DNA of 61,869 nucleotides from Deltaproteobacteria bacterium (GTDB lineage: Bacteria > CG2-30-53-67), in contig JAADIO010000006.1 in the NCBI GenBank assembly GCA_013151235.1, forward strand, positions 1 through 61,869. The letters are read 5' to 3'. The notes beneath the pieces were generated by a model that was not told the DNA's origin, made no database searches, and was given only the letters and a program-made list of their open reading frames with translations. How positions within the stretch are numbered: the first letter of the stretch is position 1; each line of letters begins with the position of its first letter. Made by a program: the position numbers and the translations under genes. Positions 47,789-56,308 of the stretch are shown in pieces.

Positions 47789-48712
47789 ATGTCTAAAAAA
47801 CAGAGAAAAAATCCGTTATCGCTCAAACTTGACCGGCGCAATTTCCTGAAAGGCTCGGCCCTCGGATTGGCTGCATCGGCCCTGCCCCTGGAGAATGCCG
47901 ATGCCTCTTTTATTGAAGCTTTTTTTCAGAAACACTTCCGGGAGATGAACAAGAAGGAAATCCAGGAGGTTCTGAACCGGTTGGAAAAGGAGTATTCCGA
48001 ACAATACAAAAAACACGTCACGGTGAAGGCAACGAAAGCCATGCCGGGCGTCCAATTCGGATACGGCCTTGATTTATCCAGATGCATCGGCTGCCGCCGT
48101 TGTGTTTACGCCTGTATCGGGGAAAACAACCAGTCCCGTGACCCACAAATTCCATGGATCCAGGTCCTGAGCTTCAGGAAGGGCGACAAATGGACGGATC
48201 TGGAAGAAGCGGACAAGTATTACAATCCTGCCACGGTCCCGGAACCGGAGCACTGGTACATGCCGGTACAGTGCCAGCAGTGCCGCCATCCTGCCTGTAC
48301 CCGGGCCTGCCCCACCCAGGCGACCTGGAAAGAACCGGATGGAATCGTCGTTGTTGATTACAACTGGTGCATCGGCTGCCGCTACTGTATGGCGGCCTGC
48401 CCCTACGGCGCTCGTCATTTCAACTGGGGAGAGCCTCACATTCCGGACGATGAGCTGAATCCGGTCACCCATTACCTGGGTAATCGTCCCCGGTACAAGG
48501 GGGTTGTGGAAAAATGCACCTTCTGTATTCAACGAACCCGTGAAGGCAGGTATCCTGCTTGCGTGGAGATCTGCCCCGTTGGTGCACGAAAATTTGGAAA
48601 TCTCCTCGATCCGTCCAGTGAGATTCGATACTGCATTGAGAACAAGCGGGTCTTTCGTCTCAAGGAAGAACTGAATACACAACCGAAGTTCTATTACTTC
48701 TACGCAACGTAA
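47789..48712 (+). CDS. Tat-exported 4Fe-4S subunit (NrfC/DsrO/CbcT-like)
   Basis: LDRRNFLK; CIGCRRCVYAC, CQQCRHPACTRACP, CIGCRYCMAACPY, KCTFC...ACVEICP. Confidence 0.92.
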   Translation: MSKKQRKNPLSLKLDRRNFLKGSALGLAASALPLENADASFIEAFFQKHFREMNKKEIQEVLNRLEKEYSEQYKKHVTVKATKAMPGVQFGYGLDLSRCIGCRRCVYACIGENNQSRDPQIPWIQVLSFRKGDKWTDLEEADKYYNPATVPEPEHWYMPVQCQQCRHPACTRACPTQATWKEPDGIVVVDYNWCIGCRYCMAACPYGARHFNWGEPHIPDDELNPVTHYLGNRPRYKGVVEKCTFCIQRTREGRYPACVEICPVGARKFGNLLDPSSEIRYCIENKRVFRLKEELNTQPKFYYFYAT

Positions 48713-48731
48713 TATCGATAGGGGAGAAAAG

Positions 48732-49997
48732 ATGATTGAGATGATACGGAACTTTTTCAAGGCGATGAAGCAGATTCTGATCGGTGATCGGAACTACTAT
48801 CTATGGATTGCATTCCTGAGTTTCTTCGTGATTGCAGGGATGGCCGCCTATGCAGAGCAGATTCATGACGGTCTGATTGTCACCGCAATGCGGGATCCTG
48901 TCTCCTGGGGGTTGTACATCTCCAATTTTACATACCTCGTCGGAGTGGCGGCCGCCGCCGTTGTACTCGTCGTCCCCGCGTACATCTACAACTTCAAGGC
49001 CATCAAGGAAATTACCCTCCTGGGCGAGATGCTGGCCGTCACGGCGGTCATTCTCTGCATTCTCTTCGTTATGGTCGACATGGGACATCCGGAACGGCTC
49101 TGGCATCTTCTTCCCTTCGTGGGGGCCATGAACTTTCCCAGCTCCCTCCTGGCTTGGGATGTCATCGTTCTATCCGGCTATCTCTTCATCAATGCGACGA
49201 TTGTCCTGTATGTTCTGTACAAGCTTTCTCTCGGAAAAGAATATAACCTTCAATTCATCAAACCGTTGATCATTCTCTCTATTCCCTGGGCGGTCGGGAT
49301 CCACACCGTCACCGCATTTCTCTACAACGGTCTTCCCTCTCGCCCCTTCTGGAATGCCTCAATCCTGGCTCCGCGCTTTCTCGCCTCGGCCTTCTGCTCC
49401 GGTCCGGCCCTGATGCTGATTCTTTTTCAGATCATCCGCAAGGTCTCACGCATTGAAGTCAAGGATAAAGCCATTTTCAAAATTGCCGAACTGATCGCCT
49501 ATGCCATGTGCATTAATCTCTTTCTCGAAATTGCGGAACTCTTCAAGGAGTTTTACTCCGGGACCGTAGACGTTGCTTCGATTCAGTATCTCTATTTCGG
49601 TTTAAAAGGAAACAACGGGCTTGTTCCATGGATCTGGTGGGCAACCATTCTGAATGTCATCGCATTGATTCTATTCTTGAATCCGAAAACCCGGGAAAAT
49701 ATGCTGACACTCAACGCAGGATGCGTTTTCATCATCATCGGGATTTATATTGAGAAGGGGATGGGACTTGTCATCCCGGGATTTGTCCCCGGAACCTTAG
49801 GGGAAATATATAACTACTCCCCAACCCACATAGAAATTCTCATTACCGTAGGCATCTGGGCCTTCGGTGCTCTCCTCTATACATTGATGTTGAAATTTGC
49901 GATCCCGATCTATACGGGCCAGTTGCGTTTCAGCTCTACAAAAAAAACCGATGGCGAAAAGACCTCTTCAGTTGACCTGGAACCAATAGCAGAGTAG
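48732..49997 (+). CDS. NrfD/PsrC-family quinol-interacting membrane subunit (DsrP/CbcU-like)
   Basis: VSWGLYISNFTYLVGVAA, DMGHPERLWH and IHTVTAFL; about 10 TM helices. Confidence 0.92.
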   Translation: MIEMIRNFFKAMKQILIGDRNYYLWIAFLSFFVIAGMAAYAEQIHDGLIVTAMRDPVSWGLYISNFTYLVGVAAAAVVLVVPAYIYNFKAIKEITLLGEMLAVTAVILCILFVMVDMGHPERLWHLLPFVGAMNFPSSLLAWDVIVLSGYLFINATIVLYVLYKLSLGKEYNLQFIKPLIILSIPWAVGIHTVTAFLYNGLPSRPFWNASILAPRFLASAFCSGPALMLILFQIIRKVSRIEVKDKAIFKIAELIAYAMCINLFLEIAELFKEFYSGTVDVASIQYLYFGLKGNNGLVPWIWWATILNVIALILFLNPKTRENMLTLNAGCVFIIIGIYIEKGMGLVIPGFVPGTLGEIYNYSPTHIEILITVGIWAFGALLYTLMLKFAIPIYTGQLRFSSTKKTDGEKTSSVDLEPIAE

Positions 49998-50026
49998 ATG
50001 GAAAAGCTTCGCATGATCATCACACG

Positions 50027-50063
50027 AAAAAAAGCCGTCCTTCTGAAAAGGACGGCTTTTTTT
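50027..50063. terminator. Bidirectional terminator between convergent operons
   Basis: aaaaaaagccgtcctt-ctga-aaaggacggcttttttt. Confidence 0.85.
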
Positions 50064-50104
50064 CTTTTTGCAATCTCCGCGGGAACCACTTCCCGCCGTT
50101 GATT

Positions 50105-50551
50105 TTATTTCCCGGCCTTCTGCCGAATGCGCTCCCGGAAGATCCGCCTCTCCTCCGGAGAGAGACGCTGCCACCGGCGAAAAAGTTGCCGCAGATGCCG
50201 CCGACGCTCCGGAGGGAGCGCCCGGAATCGTTTCAGGTTTGCCAGGATCCGCCGTTTCTCCGGACCGGAAAGCTTTTGGAATTGCCGAAACCGTCTCACA
50301 AGCTTCCGCCGCTGCTCCGGTGAAAGTTTTTTAAATCGCCGGTAGTTGTTCCGAATAAACCGTTTCTCCTCGGGAGAAAGTTTCTTCCACACCCGGTAGC
50401 GTTCCCGGATGACCTTCCGTTCGGCAGGAGAGATCTGTTCCCACCGCTCCAGCAGTTCGGAAGGCCCTTTTTTTTCATCAGCATGAGCCGATATCGTCAT
50501 TATCAGAAAAACCCCCATGAGAATGACCAGTCCCAGTCTAAACTTTTTCAT
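50105..50551 (-). CDS. DUF3106-like exported protein with W..LSPE repeats
   Basis: Signal peptide MKKFRLG...AHA; repeats WEQISPAER, WKKLSPEEK, FKKLSPEQR, WQRLSPEER. The ORF extends upstream to 50677. Confidence 0.8.
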   Translation of the reverse strand: MKKFRLGLVILMGVFLIMTISAHADEKKGPSELLERWEQISPAERKVIRERYRVWKKLSPEEKRFIRNNYRRFKKLSPEQRRKLVRRFRQFQKLSGPEKRRILANLKRFRALPPERRRHLRQLFRRWQRLSPEERRIFRERIRQKAGK

Positions 50552-50673
50552 CGATTCTCTCCATCCCGCTGTTCTTCCGGAGAAGAATGCTGAGGCAATT
50601 TTTCCGGCAGCGACGACCGCCTCCCCTCTCGTGAGGAATCCCACGGCAAGGAGTATAACAATCATGAGAAACT

Positions 50674-51108
50674 TCACAAATTCTCCACCTCTTTCAGAGA
50701 CCGGAGGAGATCGAAATCTTCCAACAGATCGAGTTTGCTGATCAGCTCATAGTTCTGAAACAACATGATGCGGTCCTGCCGTCCACGATAATAGTGGAAC
50801 CCCGCCGTTGCCACGGCAAGCAACACCATCACCGCCATGACTCCCTGCAGAAGGGGACGGGAAAAGAGGAAGGAGCGTCGAAAGGAGTTCCCAATCTTCC
50901 TTCGAACAGATCTTCGATACTCCTGCCAATATCCCTCGGGTATCTCCGGCGGATCACAACGTAGCCCATCCAGTTTGTTTTTCAACCGCCCCCAGGCGGC
51001 ACTGCATCTTTCACAGTTCTGCAGATGGCTTTCGATCCGCCTCTTTTCCGCCTCGTCCAATTCCCCGTAGTAATAAAGGGGCAACCTCTTTCCCGTCCTG
51101 CACTTCAT
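50674..51108 (-). CDS. Zinc-finger (zf-HC2) membrane anti-sigma factor
   Basis: YYYGEL...HLQNCERC (HxxxCxxC) and one TM helix; coupled to the ECF gene. Confidence 0.88.
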   Translation of the reverse strand: MKCRTGKRLPLYYYGELDEAEKRRIESHLQNCERCSAAWGRLKNKLDGLRCDPPEIPEGYWQEYRRSVRRKIGNSFRRSFLFSRPLLQGVMAVMVLLAVATAGFHYYRGRQDRIMLFQNYELISKLDLLEDFDLLRSLKEVENL

Positions 51109-51683
51109 TCTTTTTCCTCCAGTTCCTTCTTGACACGATGTACGGCCCGGAAGAGGTGGGCTTTCACCGTCCCCTCGGCACAGGTGAGGATCTCTGCGAT
51201 CTCCCGGATCTTCAATCCCTGAAAATGGCGTAGAACAAAAACCTCCCGCTGTTTCGACGGAAGGCCTTCCAATACCGCCAGGGCCGCCCGTCCCGTTTCG
51301 ACCGCAACAAGGCGACTTTCGGGGGTTACCTCCGTCCGGGGTTCGATCTCCTTCTCCTCATCTCCCCGGGAAAAGGAAAGAGCAGCCCGAAGCCGCTGCC
51401 TCCGGTCGTGGCGCCGGCAAAGGTTGAGAACGATCCGGTAGAGCCAGGTGGAAAACCGGCTCTCTCCCCGAAAGGTCGAGAGTTTCCGAAAGACCACGAT
51501 GAAGGCCTCCTGAGAAAGATCCTCGGCGTCCTCTACGCTGCCTGTCATACGGTAGGCCAGAGCAAAAGCATCTTTAGCATGCCGCTCGACCAGAAGAGTA
51601 AAGGCGGACTCATCACCGGACCGGCACCGATCGAGAATTGTGACATCGGGAATTTTTTCCGCCTGCGCCATGCCCACGTCCAT
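51105..51683 (-). CDS. ECF RNA polymerase sigma factor
   Basis: DAEDLSQEAF, FSTWLYRI and EIAEIL..AEGTVKAHLFRA. Start at ATG 51683 (or 51671). Confidence 0.93.
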   Translation of the reverse strand: MDVGMAQAEKIPDVTILDRCRSGDESAFTLLVERHAKDAFALAYRMTGSVEDAEDLSQEAFIVVFRKLSTFRGESRFSTWLYRIVLNLCRRHDRRQRLRAALSFSRGDEEKEIEPRTEVTPESRLVAVETGRAALAVLEGLPSKQREVFVLRHFQGLKIREIAEILTCAEGTVKAHLFRAVHRVKKELEEKE

Positions 51684-51690
51684 ATATGAA

Positions 51691-51719
51691 TTAGAGCCCC
51701 ATCGCAGGAAAAGGTTTAC
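51691..51719 (-). promoter_or_regulatory. Putative ECF autoregulatory promoter
   Basis: Minus-strand GTAAACCttttcctgcgatgggGCTCTAA, 7 nt before ATG 51683. Confidence 0.65.
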
Positions 51720-51752
51720 AGGAAGGAGAAGAAAAAGCAACTTTTTTTTACC

Positions 51753-51782
51753 GTAAACCTTTTTGCTGCCGCAGGACTCTAA
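51753..51782 (+). promoter_or_regulatory. Putative ECF target promoter
   Basis: GTAAACCtttttgctgccgcaggaCTCTAA, the same motif as the divergent copy. Confidence 0.65.
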
Positions 51783-51817
51783 CCTGTTAAAGAGCAACCA
51801 TTCACAAGGAGGTCACC

Positions 51818-52147
51818 ATGCAAAGAACGATCAAGCTCTCCATCAGCACATCCCTTGCAGCGCTTCTCATCACCGGGACCGCCTTTGCCGGAAGCATACA
51901 CGATCCCGGCGTCAACAAACGGCAGCGGCGTCAGCAGCACCGGATCATGAGCGGCGCCAAAAGCGGCGCCCTGACACCACGGGAGACGATCAGCCTGGAG
52001 CGGCAGCAGGTCCGGATCCGGAAAGAAGAACATCGGATGAAGTCGGACGGTGTTCTGACAAAAAAGGAACGATGCAAACTCCATCACGACCTGAACCGTT
52101 CCAACCGGGGGATCTATCGGCAAAAACATGATCATCAGCACAGATAG
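51818..52147 (+). CDS. Exported helical protein with two G.LT..E repeats
   Basis: AGGAGG RBS, signal peptide; RQ..QQHRI..GAKSGALTPRE...DGVLTKKER..L...IYRQKH. Confidence 0.8.
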   Translation: MQRTIKLSISTSLAALLITGTAFAGSIHDPGVNKRQRRQQHRIMSGAKSGALTPRETISLERQQVRIRKEEHRMKSDGVLTKKERCKLHHDLNRSNRGIYRQKHDHQHR

Positions 52148-52163
52148 AAAAGGATCGAAAACC

Positions 52164-52202
52164 GTCATTCCCGAAGAGGGGCCCTCCCTTTTCGGGAATG
52201 AC
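52164..52202. repeat. REP-like palindrome / terminator hairpin
   Basis: gtcattcccgaa...ttcgggaatgac inverted repeat just after the stop codon. Confidence 0.55.
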
Positions 52203-52412
52203 ACCCCCTCCGGCTTCACCACAAAACCACTCAAACAGGGCAATGTTCCAGTTACGATCCCTCATCGACAAGTTTGTTTGACTTTTTTCCCCTGACTTGT
52301 TAGTTTATATTTATAGTACCTTCCACGATTTATCATCCGACGCCAATGCCCGCTCTTGGAAAGTCCTTTTAGCGGCATTCGGATACAACCTTTTCTCCAG
52401 GGGAGAATGACC

Positions 52413-53768
52413 ATGGAAAAACAGATCATCCTCAAGGCAAGTGACGCCCCGAAACAGTGGTACAACGTCATCCCCGATCTCCCGGGACCGCCGACACCCG
52501 TACTCCACCCGGCTACGCTGCAACCGGTCACTCCCGACGACCTAACGCCCCTGTTCCCGATGAGTCTTATCGGACAGGAGGTCAGCTCCGAACGCTGGAT
52601 CGATATCCCCGAGGAAGTTCGGGAAATCTATACTCTCTGGCGGCCGTCACCCCTGGTTCGGGCCACCCGGCTGGAAAAGGTCCTCGATACCCCGGCTCAT
52701 ATCTACTTCAAGAACGAAAGTGTCTCCCCCGCCGGCAGTCACAAACCAAATACCGCCGTTCCCCAGGCCTACTACAACAAAATGGAGGGGACCAAACGGA
52801 TCGTCACCGAAACGGGCGCCGGGCAATGGGGCTCAGCCCTCTCCATGGCCTGCAACTTCTTTAATGTCGAACTTCAGGTCTTTATGGTCAAGGTAAGTTA
52901 CCAGCAGAAACCTTATCGCAGGTCGCTGATCCAAACCTGGGGCGCCAAGGTCTTTGCCAGTCCCTCGGACCAGACCAACTACGGCAGGCAGCTTCTTGAA
53001 AAGGACCCGGACAATCCGGGTTCTCTCGGTATCGCCATCAGCGAAGCCGTGGAGCGTGCCGCCACCGACCCCGAAGCCCATTATGCCTTGGGGAGTGTTC
53101 TGAATCACGTCTGCCTGCACCAGACCATCCTCGGCCTGGAGGCTAAAAAACAGATGGAAATCGCCGGAGAATATCCCGACGTGGTGATCGGCTGTGTGGG
53201 AGGAGGTTCCAATTTTGCGGGGATGTCTTTCCCCTTTGTCGCAGACAAAGCCGCAGGAAAGAAGGTCCGGCTCTTGGGCGCCGAACCATCAAGCTGCCCC
53301 ACCCTTACCAAAGGTCCTTATACCTTCGATTACGGCGATACGGCCCGCATGGCACCGGTGGTGAAGATGCATACTCTGGGACACGATTTTGTTCCTCCGG
53401 GGATCCATGCAGGTGGCCTTCGCTATCACGGAGATTCGCCTCTCCTCTGCCAGCTCGTCGATGCCGGGGTTATCGAGGCCAAAGCCTATCCCCAGACGGC
53501 CTGCTTCGAGGCGGCGATCACTTTTGCCCGCTCCGAAGGGATCGTCCCGGCCCCCGAGACTTCCCACGCTATCCGGGCTGCCATGGATGAAGCCTTGGAT
53601 GCAAAAAAGACGGGAGAGAAGAAGGTCATCCTCTTCAACTTTTCCGGTCACGGCCATTTCGACATGAGCGCCTATGACAACTACTTCTCCGGAAAGCTGG
53701 TCGACTTTGAATACCCGGAGGCAAAAATCAAGGCGGCCCTGGCCAACCTGCCAAAGGTGAACATGTAA
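52413..53768 (+). CDS. trpB2: TrpB2 (TrpB-like PLP enzyme), stand-alone
   Basis: [39 protein letters not shown] and FNFSGHG. Confidence 0.95.
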   Translation: MEKQIILKASDAPKQWYNVIPDLPGPPTPVLHPATLQPVTPDDLTPLFPMSLIGQEVSSERWIDIPEEVREIYTLWRPSPLVRATRLEKVLDTPAHIYFKNESVSPAGSHKPNTAVPQAYYNKMEGTKRIVTETGAGQWGSALSMACNFFNVELQVFMVKVSYQQKPYRRSLIQTWGAKVFASPSDQTNYGRQLLEKDPDNPGSLGIAISEAVERAATDPEAHYALGSVLNHVCLHQTILGLEAKKQMEIAGEYPDVVIGCVGGGSNFAGMSFPFVADKAAGKKVRLLGAEPSSCPTLTKGPYTFDYGDTARMAPVVKMHTLGHDFVPPGIHAGGLRYHGDSPLLCQLVDAGVIEAKAYPQTACFEAAITFARSEGIVPAPETSHAIRAAMDEALDAKKTGEKKVILFNFSGHGHFDMSAYDNYFSGKLVDFEYPEAKIKAALANLPKVNM

Positions 53769-53810
53769 TCCGGGCACAAAAGTCTCTTCAAGATATTGAT
53801 TGGGGAACCC

Positions 53811-54527
53811 ATGAAAAAAAAGAGCAAAAAACTGATCCATGAGGATCTCGAACTTCTCCGAACCCCGGGCAGGAAGGAACGGCCCGACTTTACCGCCAAA
53901 GATCCCTGGCGGGCCCTCCGGATTCTGGGAGAAGTCGTGGAAGGGTTCGACTCTCTTCACGACATCCACGGTTCCGTCTCCTTTTTCGGTTCAGCGCGAA
54001 CCCCGGAGAAAGACCCCTACTATCAGGCAGCTCGGGAGACAGCCCGGCTCATGGCGGAAAACGGATTTCCGATTATTACCGGGGGCGGTCCCGGAATCAT
54101 GGAAGCGGCCAACCGGGGCGCCCAGGAAGGAAAAGGGGTTTCCGTGGGATGCAACATCCAGCTTCCCTTCGAGCAAACGGCGAACCCCTACCAGGATATT
54201 ACTCTTGACTTCCGTTACTTCTTCGTCCGGAAGCTGATGTTCATCAAGTACTCCACCGCCTTTGTCATCTTTCCCGGCGGTTTTGGAACCCTGGATGAAC
54301 TTTTCGAAGCCCTCACCCTCGTCCAGACCGACAAAATCGAGCAATTTCCCATCGTCCTCTACAACGATGACTACTGGGAGTCCATGATCCGGTTCTTTCA
54401 CGACAAACTCCTGAAGGAAGAAAACATCTCCGGAAAGGATATGACTCTCATCAAGGTATGCAATTCCCCGCAGGAGATTGTGGATCACGTCGTCGAATAT
54501 TGCATGAAAAACCATACCTCCAGCTGA
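53811..54527 (+). CDS. LOG-family (TIGR00730-type) nucleotide monophosphate nucleosidase
   Basis: FGSAR, TGGGPGIMEAAN, YFFVRKLMF and PGGFGTLDELFE. Confidence 0.93.
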   Translation: MKKKSKKLIHEDLELLRTPGRKERPDFTAKDPWRALRILGEVVEGFDSLHDIHGSVSFFGSARTPEKDPYYQAARETARLMAENGFPIITGGGPGIMEAANRGAQEGKGVSVGCNIQLPFEQTANPYQDITLDFRYFFVRKLMFIKYSTAFVIFPGGFGTLDELFEALTLVQTDKIEQFPIVLYNDDYWESMIRFFHDKLLKEENISGKDMTLIKVCNSPQEIVDHVVEYCMKNHTSS

Positions 54528-54712
54528 AAAAGTCTTTTCCTCGATAGCAGTCTTTTGCCGTTTTGCCGCCTTTTCGGGTGGGATGAAACCTGTCTTATTT
54601 TTTCTTACAATATTTCCCTCCATTTGCCAAAAGAACAAGTTGCGTCTATACTGGTTTCGGACCAGGGAAGAGTCATCCATCCGATAATGTAAAAAAGTAA
54701 GGAGGAAATACC

Positions 54713-55333
54713 ATGGAAGGAAGCGATTGCTGCGGATTGCAGTTAGGGCAGAACGTACCGGATTTTCAGATGGAGACCTTTGAACCGGGAAAACTCAGTT
54801 TCGGAACAACCTCATTAGACGCCCAGAAGAAGGCAGGAAAGTGGACGGTTCTCTTCTTTTACCCTGCTGATTTTACCTTCGTCTGAGCCACGGAGATGGC
54901 CGATCTGGCAGATCGGCACGAGCAGTTTCAGGAAGCAGGCACCGAGCTGATCACCGTCAGTACCGATACTCAGTTCGTTCACCTCGCCTGGCAGCGGGAT
55001 GAAAAACTCCTGGAAAAAGCAAAATTCACCATGGCGGCCGACCCTACGGGAACCGTTTCCCGGCTGTTCGGCGTCTATGATGCATCAAAGGGGCTCGCTC
55101 TGCGAGGCACCTTCATCATCAACCCCGACGGGGTTCTCCTCGCCTCGGAGATCAACTACTTCAACATCGGACGGAACGTCGATGAATTGTTACGGAAGCT
55201 GAAGGCCAACATCTACGCTTCGAAACATTCCGATGAGGCCTGCCCGGCCCGCTGGACCGAAGGGGAAAAAACGCTGAAGCCGGGGGCGGAGATGGTGGGA
55301 AAGGTTTACGAGGCCCTGCAAGAGAAACGATAA
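54713..55333 (+). CDS. ahpC: Selenocysteine-containing peroxiredoxin (AhpC/Prx1-type)
   Basis: AGGAGG RBS and ATG 54713. Reading through TGA 54884-54886 gives LFFYPADFTFV-U-ATE, placing UGA at the peroxidatic Cys, in frame with ORF 54896..55333 (VSTD, ALRGTFII, EACPARW). Confidence 0.92.
54899..54917 (+). promoter_or_regulatory. Candidate bacterial SECIS element (peroxiredoxin)
   Basis: GCCGATCT-GGC-AGATCGGC perfect 8-bp stem starting 12 nt after the UGA. Confidence 0.72.
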
Positions 55334-55335
55334 AA

Positions 55336-56214
55336 TCAGTAGAGGGGGGGCACCTGGACCGGTAATTGCCGAACCACCGCATGGTAGGTCTCTTCATTCA
55401 ACCGGCTGCGGGGTGCAATACGGCGCAGGCTTTTCCGGAGTTCACGGGCTCGCTTGAAGTTGGCTCGTCCCGTGGGATCCAGTTTGTAACATTCGGCGTC
55501 CTGCATCGAGATCAGAAGATCAAGGATGGACAGTTTGGAAAGGTGATGATACTTTTCAATATCCTCAAGTCCCAGTACCCACCGGGAACGGGCACCGATC
55601 TTCCGGACCATCCTGCGCCAATGCTTGAAGCGGTGAATCATGAGAATACTGTTGAAGATAGTCTTGTTCACTTCAAAGGAGAAAAGTGTTCGTTCAATGA
55701 TATTTCGAATCAGGGGATCATGTCTTTGCTGCACCTTCTTACTGATCCGCCCTCCTTCCTGCCAGTATTTTTGCCCCACCAGGCTGTCCGCCCGGATCTC
55801 CCAGTAGGTATGCCCCATCGGCTTTTTCGAATAAGAACGGATCATCCGGCCGGGGACAAAAAAGTTATGCGCAACCGTATCGGCGGCAAGATGGCTCAGG
55901 TAACCGAGGGCGAAAGCCTTTTGCGACAGGTCATGGGCTTCGTGTAAAATCCGGAAACCGACATTCCAGTTATGGCAGTGCTTGCGGTATTCCACATACT
56001 TCTTGCCCACGGTAATGTCGGCGCTGATACAGCCGTAGAGAAAATCATACGGAAATTCCTTCAGGATCGAGGCCACCACGGGAGAAAGGACAGAGAGATC
56101 CTTCAGAACTTCCATCCCGTAATAGATATGAGTTGCCGGCCCCCAGGCATAAGCGTACTCGGGAATCAGCAGAACAAAGAGACCAACGAAGGAAATGACA
56201 AGAAAAGAAACCAT
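55336..56214 (-). CDS. Zinc-dependent phospholipase C-family protein
   Basis: Signal peptide followed by WGPATH; ADITVGK, HCHNW, GYLSHLAADTVAHN and HTYWE. Confidence 0.82.
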   Translation of the reverse strand: MVSFLVISFVGLFVLLIPEYAYAWGPATHIYYGMEVLKDLSVLSPVVASILKEFPYDFLYGCISADITVGKKYVEYRKHCHNWNVGFRILHEAHDLSQKAFALGYLSHLAADTVAHNFFVPGRMIRSYSKKPMGHTYWEIRADSLVGQKYWQEGGRISKKVQQRHDPLIRNIIERTLFSFEVNKTIFNSILMIHRFKHWRRMVRKIGARSRWVLGLEDIEKYHHLSKLSILDLLISMQDAECYKLDPTGRANFKRARELRKSLRRIAPRSRLNEETYHAVVRQLPVQVPPLY

Positions 56215-56308
56215 ATATTAATCAAAATGCCCAATAAGGCCAAAAATGCCGAACTCCATCTTTTTCAGTATAGAGAAAAGCCCCTGATAAATCAAGAAAA
56301 AAACCTTC

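Noticed and set aside
52413-53768. trpB-like gene without trpA
   Set aside because: Stand-alone TrpB2 is well documented.
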